A DNA stretch of 64,000 nt. Origin: Hydrolagus colliei. Taxonomy: Eukaryota. A program made the translations under genes and the position numbers. Below the pieces are notes generated by a model. It was not told where the DNA came from and did no database searches. It saw nothing but the letters and a program-made list of their open reading frames with translations. The stretch lies in assembly GCA_035084275.1 (NCBI GenBank), contig CM068749.1, forward strand, positions 18,042,001-18,106,000, in the 5' to 3' direction. Below, piece after piece: positions 25,956-36,870 of the stretch; within the stretch, counting starts at the first letter, position 1; the number at the start of each line of letters is the position of its first letter.

Positions 25956-25959
25956 ACAG

Positions 25960-26410
25960 TTGATAGACCTGAACGTTAGATTACTAAATTATGAGGAGAG
26001 GTTGAGCAAACTTTGGTATAGCTAAGTAGGCTGAGGAGTAGGCTGAATGAGGTGCTATAAAACGATCAAAGGATTTGACAAGGCAAATAGAGAGACATTT
26101 TTCCTCTGGGTACAGTAATCTAGAACAAGAAGTCATAATCTCATAACTAGAGCTAAACCTATTAAGAGTAAACTCAGAAAGCGTTTTTTTTAGATGCAAA
26201 CGGTAACGGAAACGTGCGAAATTCACTACATTAAAAGGTTGCATTATTTAAACTAGAAATAGAGGAATATTTGGTAAGCAGAATTATCAAGGAATGTGGT
26301 GAATGGGTAGGGAAATGGTACTAAGTTGTAAATCATCCATGATACAATAAAATGATTAACCAGCTGAATGGCCTATTCCTGGCCCTATCTTCTTGTGTTC
26401 CTATGTTCCT
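25960..26410 (+). mobile_element. CR1 3' fragment
   Basis: aattatgaggagaggttg (NYEERL), aaaggatttgac, tctagaacaagaagtcataatctc (SRTRSHNL), gctgaatggcctattcctg and a (tgttccta) tail. Confidence 0.85.
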
Positions 26411-27536
26411 ACTCAAATATTAAAAATAATTGAAAGAAAACGTTGGATCACATAGTGTTAACAAAGGGAAAATCACAGATCTCAAATATGCTAATGTATG
26501 ATTCAGTATGGTTGTGTAAGTGGTAGGTGACTTTGAAACTGCACTGAAACTTCTGCATGCGAGAGTCCAAATTCTAAGTCATGATACTAGTTAGGTTTGT
26601 TTCCCTGTCAGTGAAAACTGTCCAGTTCATTTCTGGTGAGCCAACATGTGTAGCTCTTGATTCCTTTCAAAGCATTAGATGACTGGGGTTATAAAATAAA
26701 AATGTTAACATTAGTACAGTGGGTGGCAGAAGGTTTGGTATTAAGGTGGATTATTATAATGGAGCATAAGGAGTTTTATCCATACTACATTTCACTTGAT
26801 GAGTGCAAAACCTTGTAAAAATGTACCATTCAGCAGAACTCACAATGCACAATATTTATCCAAAATTCACATTTTTAGCAGCTTACATACTGTAAAGCAA
26901 ACACAGTAAAACTACAGCATTTAGTATGCTTGAGGAACATTGCATTTACACATGTTTGTGTTGAATTGCAATTAATTCAACTTATACATGGCTTGAGCTT
27001 TGTTTATTTAGCCAGGGGCACTGTCAGCTTCTTCTGCATCAAGCAAACTGGAGCAGAGTGGAATAAAATCTTAATGATTTGTAAACAATATAGCTACTGG
27101 AATAATGAGGAGCCATTTAAAAATCTGCTTCCTGAGGTCAAATATGAAAGAGAATCTGTTTGTACTGGAAGAGTTGTTTCTGGATAGAGGAAGTAAACAT
27201 ATATAACGGAGTGTAAGGCACTGGTGTTAAGCAGAACAAATATGTCAGTTTTTCACTTTCGAAGCTCAAACATGATAAAACACTGCATATATAGATTATT
27301 GACCATTCGACAGTTCCTAAACTTGAAACAAAATAACATACTTTGTTGCTGCTAAAATTACAGTTGATTAGGCAAATGGTAACTCTTGATCTCCAATCTT
27401 GTTGTAGAGGAATAATGATTTGCAGCTCAGATATGTTGTTTTCCAAATATTGCCGTTTCATATTCCCTTAAACTAAATAAGTACCTCCACCTCTCCTCTG
27501 ACATACAATTACCAAGTAATATTGGTGTGTATTACT

Positions 27537-27739
27537 TAAGATTTTGTCTTGTTGTCAGGATATTCCATCTGAAAATACTCCAACTGAAATAAAGCAGAAA
27601 GGTTGGAAATGCACGGAAATCTGATCAGCATCTGAAATAGAAAGATAAACTCATGCTTCAGTTGTCACCCTAAAACATTGATCTATGTTTCAGTTGGAGT
27701 ATTTTCAGATGGAATATCTCAACAAAAGACGAAATCTTA
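27537..27739. repeat. Inverted repeat, ~52-bp arms with a perfect 31-bp core
   Basis: 27559-27589 gatattccatctgaaaatactccaactgaaa is the exact reverse complement of 27688-27718. The arms extend imperfectly to 27537 and 27739. Confidence 0.95.
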
Positions 27740-27788
27740 GAAAATTGATCGACCTGCTGTTCATTTCCATCATTTCTGTTTTACTTTG
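27590..27788. mobile_element. Decayed Penelope-like hairpin repeat
   Basis: aaagcagaaaggttggaaatgcac...cagcatctg on the left and gacctgctgttcatttccatcatttctgtttt on the right. Homologous to 32133-32302 and 58145-58260. Confidence 0.55.
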
Positions 27789-28157
27789 TAACATGTCGGC
27801 TGTTCAAACATTCTTGTTGCGGATTTCCAAAGACAACATTGTAGACGTTATAGGGTTTACTACACTTACCAGCTCTGAAACATATAGGACACAATCAACC
27901 TGTCTGGAACCATTAAAATTATTTAGGTCTTAATTGTGCTGTTACCACTCAGCTATTAGCATGCAATTTTCTACTTTATAGTGTGATCATTTACCAGCCA
28001 TCGGATATTAAACCATCTGATGAAATACAAATGAAATACTACAAATCAAACATCTTGACAACTGTAAATGATTCACTTTGCTTTCATTAACAAGTGTGAT
28101 TTAGATTCCACTGACAGTAATTGAAACAAAATTCTTACCAAACCCCATTGTGGTTGA

Positions 28158-28420
28158 AATGAGATGTTAAACCAAGGTCCCATCTGCTCATCCAGCTAGA
28201 TGTTTAAAGATCCCATGGCACTATTCGAAAAGAGAAGAGAGTTTCTCCCAGTGTCCTGGACAAGAATCTCCCAGATAACAATGGTCATTCACTTCATGGC
28301 TGTTTGTGGGACAAAGATGTGCACAAATAGGCTAGTCATATTTGCCTATAAATACAATCACATCATTTTACAGTAAATTCTGTGAAGTCATTGAGATGTT
28401 TCAAAATGACCTGATCAGGA
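28158..28420 (+). mobile_element. Old DeuSINE (SacSINE1/AmnSINE1-like), head missing
   Basis: atgagatgttaaaccaaggtcc...aaagatcccatggcactattcgaaaagag...ccagtgtcctgg...ggctgtttgtggga is the Deu domain. Confidence 0.88.
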
Positions 28421-28454
28421 AACATATGTTTCTAAAAATCCTTAAATTTAAAAG

Positions 28455-28602
28455 AGTGCCTTATACATCAGGAGAATATCGCAAAGTGCATCACGATGTA
28501 CTGTAAAGTGAAGTGATCATATGTTTTATGGCTGAAAATGGGAGTCAATTTCAACAGCAATTTTCCCACAAATAGCCAGGAAGGGAATGACCAATTTTAT
28601 TT
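28455..28602 (-). mobile_element. Degraded SINE 3' fragment
   Basis: caaagtgcatcac...ctgtaaagtg...cccacaaatagcc...tgaccaatttt is the reverse complement of the family tail and body. Confidence 0.6.
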
Positions 28603-28958
28603 GGAATATTCCTGATGAAGCGAGAGCCCGAAGTTGTTTAGTTTCATGATCTTCCTAAGCAAGAGCGTATTGCTTTTTTAGCTCGAAAATATCAAGGTCA
28701 GGAATTTCCCCTTGGTGCTCCCTAACTCTGCATTGTGACATAACAGGAGCCAGGAGTGTCTTAAGAGCTCAGGGCATCAGAAGCAGTTAAGATGCTGTGC
28801 AGATGTCAGTCATCAGTTGCTTTAGTGACATTACATCCTTGCGTCACAGTATGTAAGTTAGTTGGGCACAGTTTGCCCAGCAGGTTATCCTTCTTGTCAA
28901 TTTGTTGATTACATTAACCTAAGCCTGAAACCCTATTCCACAGAGCCTAGAGATGTTG

Positions 28959-29270
28959 TAGAATCATAGAATGCTTACAGCACAGAAGGAGGTCATTCAA
29001 TCCATTGTGTCTCTGCCCGTGCTAACTCCGAGCTCCGCTGGAGCTATCTAGTCTTATCCCATTCCACTCCTCTTTCTCCATATCCTTAACGTTCTCTTCA
29101 AGTGGTTTTCCAAATTGACTTTAGATGTTGTAATAGACTTGATTTCAATATTCATTAATGGTAAAATAGTCTATATTCCGATGCCCTTCCATATAAAATA
29201 ACATTCTTCTAACCTAGCATTTTAATTCTAGTGATCATCTTCCACTTATGCTTGTTTACCACTGACTCAT
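28959..29270 (-). mobile_element. CR1 3' end
   Basis: tagaatcatagaatgcttacagcacagaaggaggtcattcaatccat is the reverse complement of a CR1 tail, followed by degenerate ORF2 C-terminus. Confidence 0.8.
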
Positions 29271-30357
29271 CTGATAAATACCTGTCTTTAAAGATATAAT
29301 GCTCTGGTGTATGTTTCTCATATCAAACCAGAAAACAAGGCTACACATTCTAGTCAGATTCACTTCAAATTTACCATTCGACTGATATGTTTCGGGTTCC
29401 TGTTAATAGGTTATTTTAATTGCTAAATGAAATGTTTGTCCCATAAGTACCTCAGATCACACTCTGGTTGTAAGAGGAGCTTGGGTTCATCACTGTTCTC
29501 TCAGGGCCTGGGTTCAGATGAAGTGCAGGACATTATTAACTAAGACAGATGCTGCTACTTGAAACGCAGAGCAACATGTAAACAAGCCAGCACAACTCCG
29601 CTCTTTGGAGCATCAGAATAGTTTGAATTGACGACTCGGTTGAAGTCAAGAAGACATTAAGTATCTCATGCAGTGCTAATTTCACCTTCAGATCAATCAA
29701 GTTCTTTGTTTAGTGGCCTCTTCAAAATACTCTTGTGGTATTACTATGATTCAATCTATTCTGACCAGAACTACCTGACAGAGAGATGGGAAAGAAAGAC
29801 TGTTTGCAATAAAGTAAGAGGGAAGAGAAGGTGCAGCCTAGTTATATCTGTAGTTGTACCTATATGGGCTGTCAATCAAAATGCATCAGGGCAGCCTATA
29901 GTCCCTTTGTCCTCCTGGAGCTTGTAGTCCCAGACCTTTGGTGCCATTAGCTCTGTAATTGCACCTTTGAGAACTGCATGAACTAGTCTATTGTCTACAG
30001 GGCTTGTTAACACTTATGCATTCCTATTTCGAGTGTTAATGTGGATAATCAACACTTTAATTCAAAGGCTAAGTTTGGAAAGGCTCTTAGCGATTTGAAA
30101 ATCTTTGTTGCTTACAAATTTAAGAATTAATCTTCTTAACACTGTGCATTTTTTAAAATATTATTACTTGCTGCTATTCTAAGCTATTGGCCTGACACAC
30201 AATGCTATGGTTTTAACATACATAGTGTATTTCTACCAATAGAAAAACATAATTGAATACATAAATTATCCAATTCTCAATTTCAAAGGCTTTTGATCTC
30301 CACTTAGGTAGAATGAAGCTATTAGTTTAATGAAAGGCAACTAATAGATCTGCAGAT

Positions 30358-30652
30358 AAATAATAATCCTTGTATTTGATATAGAGCCTTTCAAGTTGGA
30401 AAGCTATCTCAAAGCTCTTCACAGGATATTTTGTAAAACTGTAATGACTGTGTATTTTGTGGGCGAATGCGGCAGCCAATTTGTGCACAGCAATAACTCA
30501 TAAACATGGTGCGAATGAACAAATTTTATTTGGGGGAATTATTGGGCAGGGCACTGAGAGAAACTCCCTTCTCTTTTTATGTAGTGCTTTGAGATCTTTA
30601 ATGTCCACCCAAACAGACAGACAGAACATCAGTTTACTGTCTCATCCAAAGG
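30358..30652 (-). mobile_element. Old DeuSINE body and tail (host element E)
   Basis: (taa)n tccttgtatttgatatag...gcggcagccaatttgtgcacagc...gatctttaatgtccacc...gtttactgtctcatccaaag. Confidence 0.88.
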
Positions 30653-30717
30653 AAAAATATACAGTCCATCCACTTTACAGTATAATCTATGAAGGATTTG
30701 AGATATCTCAAGATTGT
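30653..30717 (+). mobile_element. SINE tail fragment (D)
   Basis: aaaatatacagtccatccactttacagtataatctatgaaggatttgagatatc matches the family tail. Confidence 0.75.
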
Positions 30718-31333
30718 GGAGTCCTGTAGCTCAGTGAGTAGAACATTTGGAGCTCCTGTGGCTCAGTGGTTAGAGCGCTTGTCTTGCAAGCTGGGGAGAC
30801 CTGTGTTCGAATCCAGGCAGGTCAGGGCGAAACCTTGGGCAAGTTTCCTTACTCCACACACCAAATAATAATCCCTCCAAAAACAATCACAATAATAAAA
30901 TTGGTCATTTCAATCCATGGCTGTTTGTGGGACACTGCTGTGCGCAATTGGCTGCCGCGATTCGCCCATAAATATACAGTCAATTCACTTTACAGTATAT
31001 TCTGACGTTGATAAGATGTGGAAAGCGCTATAACAAATGCAAGGTTTATTATTATTATTATTTGCCTTGCAAGTGAGAGACCTGCGTTTGATTCCAGGCA
31101 GGGCGAAACCTTGGGCAAGTTTCCTTACTCCACACACCCAGTAATAATCTCTCTCAAAACAAGTGGTAATTTCAATCCATGACTGTTTGCGGGACACTGC
31201 TGTGTACAATTGGCTGCTGCGTTTCACCCACAAAATGTGCAGTCAATTAACTTTACAGTATATTCTGTGAAGCACTTGGAGTCGTCTAGAAGACGTGTAA
31301 GGTGCTAATATCAAATGCAAAGATTATTATTAT
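30718..31333 (+). mobile_element. tRNA-derived SINE (A), interrupted by SINE B
   Basis: Head ggagtcctgtagctcagtgagtagaacattt (30718-30748) resumes at 31064 with gccttgcaagtgagagacc and runs to an (att)n tail. Confidence 0.93.
30749..31059 (+). mobile_element. tRNA-derived SINE (B), ggagctcc subfamily, nested in A
   Basis: Intact A box tggctcagtggttagagc and B box gttcgaatcc. Flanked by attt at 30745-30748 and 31060-31063. Confidence 0.95.
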
Positions 31334-31678
31334 AATAATAATAAATAATCCTTGCATTTGATATAGTGCTTTCCACATCTTATCAACGTCCCAAAGCACT
31401 TCACAGAATATACTGTAAAGTGAATTGACTGTATATATTTGTGGGCGAATTGCGGCATCCAATTGCGCACAGCAGTGTCCCACAGACAGTCATGGATTGA
31501 AATGACCAATTTTACTATTGTGGGTTTTATTTTTTGGAGGGATTATTGTTAGGCATCTGGAGTAAGGAAACTTGCCCAAGGTTTCGCCCTGACCTGCATG
31601 GATTCGAACACTGGTCTCCCAGCTTGGTCTCCCCAGCTTGCAAGACAAGTGCTCTAACCACTGAGCCACAGGAGCTCC
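31334..31678 (-). mobile_element. tRNA-derived SINE (C), ggagctcc subfamily
   Basis: Reverse complement matches B, including gacgttgataagatgtggaaagc. Internal duplication ggtctccc(c)agctt x2 at 31613-31639. Confidence 0.95.
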
Positions 31679-31710
31679 ACAAGTATTATTATTACTTCAA
31701 TCTCCCTCTG

Positions 31711-31776
31711 TGGAGCATGAACCCATAACATTCTGACTCAGAGGCAAAAGTGCTACCAACTGAGCCAGAATGACAC
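31711..31776 (-). mobile_element. tRNA-like head of old DeuSINE (probably element E)
   Basis: Reverse complement gtgtcattctggctcagttggtagcacttttgcctctgagtcagaatgttatgggttca, the same head type as the copy at 50068. Confidence 0.85.
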
Positions 31777-32061
31777 CTAACATGGTTTCTGTTAAAACAC
31801 AAACCATTTTGACACAAAGCGATGAACTTCAAAACAAAATTGCTGAATTCTTACTGTAACATTCTCACTAATAAATATTGACCAGGAACTGAAGATTCCA
31901 AAACTGAGCTAGAAATTGCGGGCACGCATAAAACTTTGAGGTAACGATTGTGGCTCATCTGAACACATTCCTGGTGTTGTCTTATTCATGAAAAGCCACA
32001 AACCTAAACACAATAAATACAAGCAACCTGGCCATAATTAACATAACCAGAAATCGCTGCG

Positions 32062-32132
32062 AACAACCAACAACAACAACAATTTACATTTATATAGCGC
32101 CTTTCACGTCGGGAGGACGTCCCAAGGCGCTT
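32062..32132 (-). mobile_element. L2-type SINE/LINE 3' tail
   Basis: (caa)n tttacatttatatagcgcctttcacgtcgggaggacgtcccaaggcgctt. Confidence 0.8.
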
Positions 32133-32302
32133 AAGTCAGGCAGCATCTATGGAGAAAGGAAAAGTGAATCCATGTTTCGGGTCCACGACCCTTTTCCTTT
32201 CTCCTTTCTTTCTCCATAGATGCTGCCTCACTTGCTGGTTATTCCTAGCGATTTATGTGTTTGTTTCAGATTTCCATCATCTGCAGTATTTTGCGTTTTT
32301 GT
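32133..32302. mobile_element. Penelope-like hairpin repeat
   Basis: 32133-32158 and 32208-32233 are inverted repeats (25/26 match), with inner tttcgggtccacgaccc and downstream gtttcagatttccatcatctgcagta. Family assignment is from recall of chondrichthyan repeats. Confidence 0.7.
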
Positions 32303-32419
32303 TTGTGGCAATAATTAACATTGTTGGTATTTGGCATCCCACCTACAGGATTAGTTAACTTTCTCAGCAATAAGAGCTAATTTCTCCGTCTGTGAATAAC
32401 AAGAGAAAAGAATTATTCC

Positions 32420-32830
32420 CCAAAATGCTAATGAGGCGTTAATGAAATAGCATGAGCACCCAGCATTCCTAAGTGCTGCGTGTGAGAATTTTGTCAGTGT
32501 TAACCGAAGAGTAGGAGCTAATGACGATGCACCTGCTGTAATGAGCATTTTGTGCTTCTGAAGCAGTTAATGAGCCACTTGACCTCAATAAAACTCAAAA
32601 ATTCTGTGAATACAGCTGTGGTGTCCAGAAATATGGTGAAAATATTGCAACAGGAATAAAGAACAAGATGCTTTGTAGATGAAGTCCTTGTAGACAACAT
32701 TGTGGAGCTTCAGACGTGTGCTTTCAGTGGCGGCGGCACGTTAATTATATTCATTAATAATCATTCCGTGCGTTTGTTCTAAAGGATTTAACGCTGGTAG
32801 GACTTCTCAAAGCACAAGATGCAGTCATGG
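32420..32830. promoter_or_regulatory. Candidate homeodomain-bound enhancer / CNE
   Basis: Five TAATGA hexamers (32429, 32440, 32519, 32539, 32568) and the CpG-rich ggcggcggcacgttaattatattcattaat. Confidence 0.45.
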
Positions 32831-32956
32831 TGGTTCCAGTTTGTGTAGGAAATCAAATAATACAACCTCCCAGATTATTACAATCATTTAGTCACACAGA
32901 TCAGAAGGCATCTCAAGGAGATCCTCAATAGCATTGCCATATATTATGTGTAGGGT

Positions 32957-33075
32957 AACAAGATAAAACAAATTAACCTGGATGAAGAAGATCCTTCAGA
33001 TCATCTAATCTCATACATCCAGAACACCCACCCTGATATGTCCCATCGTTGAATCAAGCTGTTAAATGAGCCAGG
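32957..33075 (-). mobile_element. CR1-type 3' tail relic
   Basis: acaagat...ggatgaagaagatccttcag...ccagaacac is homologous in reverse to 48017-48087. Confidence 0.55.
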
Positions 33076-33599
33076 GAGAGTCCTGTGCTATCACAGAGCA
33101 TTTGTGACGTAGAAACGCCACCTCTGATAACACTGAACCTATACTGACCACTGCAATAGAGATGCCTGTTACTGATATAGGTACTGTTTATCAGGATTAG
33201 TCACAGATACAAGTAGTGGGCTTTCAATATCTCCTGCACCTTTCATATTAATAAGACCTCAACCCCACCACCCCTCACCAGCCTCCTCTTCCCTAAAATA
33301 CATCTTAAACATCCTACTAGGAGGTTTTGCCTCTTGACAGAAAACATAAAAAGTATATGCAACTTTGTCTTATTTCACACCCATAGGAAATTTGCTCCTG
33401 GCATCAATATGAATGCGTTCTTTACCAAGTAATACATTCCTCCATGTGCCATCATTTTCAATTCTTGATCAGAGTACTAGATCTATTCTGTGTGGCTGTG
33501 ATGTGTTTCAGGTGAATTTTTTTTAAGCCCACAGAAGTCACAGAAGCCAATATTCTCAGTTTCTGACAGACATTATTTTTATACAGGTTAAATATTCTT

Positions 33600-34085
33600 G
33601 AATTGCATATCTTGATTAATCGGTGGCAATTCTGCCAAATGGTATTTTATTCTATGTTTTGGCACCCTATTCCAAATGTAAGCTGTGTCTTATCACATGA
33701 TTGCATTTCTTCATTTTGTATTCATCTGATTCACTGTGTATGATTAAAGGTAATGTATGCATTGCCGCTGCTTGTGATGCTTAAATTTAATCTGTGCCGA
33801 CATTCTGAAAGCGCCGATAAAGAAAATGTATTTAAAAAGTTCATGTTCCCAACGGAATACGAGTTCAAAAAGACACTCCTAATAAATTCACAAAACAAAC
33901 CTAGATCACGATGACAAATAAACAGTAAAGGGAAGAATAGCTCTGGTCTTACCAATGCAACCATTCTCACACAATGCTGATGAAACAGCATGGTGGCAAC
34001 ACTGCATAAGTGGGCTGAATGTTGACATTTTAAATTAACATTTTTATATTCCAATCATGCCACCGCATATCGCTTTTCACCACTG
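33600..34085. promoter_or_regulatory. Candidate CNE / enhancer
   Basis: No recognisable repeat. CpG retention plus TGATTAAT, TAATC and TAAACA (Fox-type) motifs. Conservation not tested. Confidence 0.3.
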
Positions 34086-36286
34086 AACCTAATAAAACAT
34101 TTCCACAGGGGTGCAAACAAATACTTTTTAACATTGTACTAATGCCAACGCTAACACAAATAATAAAATTCAATTCTCTACCTTGGCACTCTTTAAAAGC
34201 AGGAATTAGTAGTCAATATCTCTGCCACTGTCTGTAGAATCTGCGGGCCTTTGCATCAGGCAATAAACATTTTTTTTCAAAAATTGCTTTGGAACTTTCA
34301 AGCAGAGGAGAGGACATTATAACCAATGGGAGACATTGTTCATAAAGGAAAAGGAAATGATAGCCATGGGTTTCATGGCAAGAGAATATGAGATTAGTTG
34401 GAAACATCCTCCCATCTGCCTGCAGTGTACCAATTTACTAATCTACTAAAGACTGCTTAATAGTCAGTCTCGCTCAGCAAAACATCTCAAATGTGTACAT
34501 AATTTCAAGTTAATCCATTAGAAGGCGTGAATCCCTCTACAATTATTCATGTTCAAAATTGTAACTCTCCATTATGGAACCATTTGAAACTAATGAGATG
34601 TAGTGGGATTTATTCAAATGTGAATGCTTTTGTTGCACATTTTTTTGAAAAAATTATCATCACCCTTGAGAAGTATTCCAACCTTTTGCTTAATATTTAT
34701 AACAGCTTTAAAAGCTGTTCAAACTATAGATATGCATTTGAAAGCAGTGAGCAATGGAACTGGGTAACATTGGAGTAAAAGTCTGAACCACAGTACTCTC
34801 AAATTAGTTTTAGTTTTCAAATAGTGTAAAATGGCAATAAGAACTAGAAGTGATGCAGATACCCTGGTAAATATTGATATCTTTTGAAAATAAGATTAAC
34901 TCCATTGCAGCTTGAATTTCCAGTGTATAGTCTAATGTTTGATGCTTGGAAAAAAGAAAACTTAAATTGCACACATTGGCACTCATCAATATGTTTTCAG
35001 GGCAGAATAGTGAAAATAGCACAAATGCGGTGAAACACAAACATAATGAATTTTTAAACTAGTAAATCAATACTTTCCATTCTCATCAAGGATGCATTGC
35101 TTCAACACCTATAGCCATTTACATCCGTTATGCAATCTACACATTCAACACACTAACATTACACGCTAATCATATGTGCCTATATTTAAATATTCCTTGA
35201 ACTAACAGCTTCAGAAAATCCAAAAGAAAATACATTATGATAAAAGTGAAGATCCCTGGTATATAGAACAAAGGAAGGAGTGGCTGATCTCTTTAGATTC
35301 AATTTCATGTAATATAATGAAACATTTCTAAATTCCCCACAAGGGCTCCCACACACCAATGCAAAAAGATCTAAGATGGAATCAGTTCTAAATACTGTAA
35401 ATGCTATCCCCCAGGTCAAAGGACTGTCTAGTGTAGGTCAATGATGTCCACAGGCACAAGAAGGAGAAGATCATAATGAAGGCCCCTAAGGAGAATTAAC
35501 CATCTTCCCAAAGAATCCAAACTAGCTGCTTCCAAGGACAACACCACCTCTGTCTTCTCTAATCTGCTGCCCTTGGGAGGCAGAAAGTAATGGTACCTAA
35601 CAAGGAGCTTAGTCATCATATTACTGTAAAGTGTGAAAAAGAAAAACCTTAAAGGACATTATCTCCAAATGTAATGCCAATTTGCAGATCAAAAGAATGA
35701 TTGTCAGATGTTGGGTTGAAAGCAAATCCATATAAATATATTATTTATATTCATTCCTTTGATGAAGTTAAAAAGGTAATATGCAGCATATACTTAGTAC
35801 AAGGCAGTCAGGTGCAGTAAATGTAACACTGGACGAACACCCTCACAAATCAGTTGCATCAATAAACATGTATAAAAGTAAGGGCGGTTCAGCTCAAATT
35901 GGATATCTTTGGCTATAGTAAAAATTCAGGCCCTTGAATTAGCAATGGCACATGTTTTTATTGCCTCAAGAACTTCCAATTGAATTTATTTTGTGTGTGT
36001 AGTGAATCAATATAGGCAAATTGAGGAAACCAGCTTACTGTTACACAATATTGACAAGAACAATGGTTCAATAGTTGTATTTATCATAGGACTGACCATA
36101 AATTAAACATTTCTGTTGATTTGCTCTTGAATTTTCTCCAGGGTAAATCAGACTGTAGATCTAGAAGATATTCTATGATTCTGTTGTTACCCACAAGGCC
36201 TAACCTCAGCAGAAACATGCATAAAATAAAAAGCAGCACCAAATACAGACAAAGAGTTAGTGTATCATTCTACACGCAAATACTTG

Positions 36287-36478
36287 TAGGAACAGATGAA
36301 CAGGAGTAGACCATTTGGCCCATTGAGTATCTCTCCCTTTTTATTAGTTTGTGACAACTCTTTATGTTTCTAACTCCTTTTCTCTGCCTTTTTCTACATC
36401 TCTAATAACCCTAACTAACCATCCCCCCTTAAGCACTCTACACTCTCGCAACCCTTTGCGGGAAGAAATGTTCTCTGG
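36287..36478 (-). mobile_element. Old CR1 3' relic
   Basis: aacaggagtagaccatttggcccattgag...caaccctttgcgggaagaaatgttctct. Confidence 0.55.
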
Positions 36479-36664
36479 ATTTACATTTCACTGGTTTATC
36501 TCTAATTATAACCTTGGTGCTTGGAATGAAATGTGGCATAGCCTTAAGAGTATCACTCAATGACTTCTGCTGTGTTCTTTAGTTCCTGAATGTATTCACA
36601 ACTTGGTGCTCAGATTTTCAACAGATAAACTATTTTACAAAATTTACAACTGATGGCGGCTGCT

Positions 36665-36870
36665 TCAGAGAAATGTTTCACACGCAGTTGTGGAATGTTC
36701 TACCATATAAGGTGGTAGAGGCAGAGACCACAATGGGGTTTCAATTGTGAGAAACAAATGGGATAGAGGCTTGAAGGGATACAGGGATAGGGCGAAGCAA
36801 CAGAATTGAAATTACAGCTTGCGGTGAGAGCTATGCGGACTCAATAGACAGCTTCTATGTTTCTATTTTG
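36665..36870 (+). mobile_element. Old CR1 3' relic
   Basis: tggaatgttctaccatataaggtggtagaggcagag (WNVLPYKVVEAE) and aagggatacagggatagggcg. Confidence 0.7.

Noticed and set aside
30749-30825. tRNA-Ala(TGC) gene (also at 10540, 25440, 31600)
   Set aside because: A and B boxes are present, but there is no acceptor stem closure and each continues into a SINE body and tail.
30358-31776. CRISPR-like or tandem array
   Set aside because: The repeats are nested SINE copies in both orientations with no regular repeat-spacer structure, in a eukaryotic context.
33974-33991. atgCTGATGAAACagcat as a hammerhead
   Set aside because: No stem II between the boxes. It is a simple 6-bp hairpin.
35412-35442. 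AGGTCA nuclear-receptor half-sites
   Set aside because: Short motifs expected by chance, with no supporting context.
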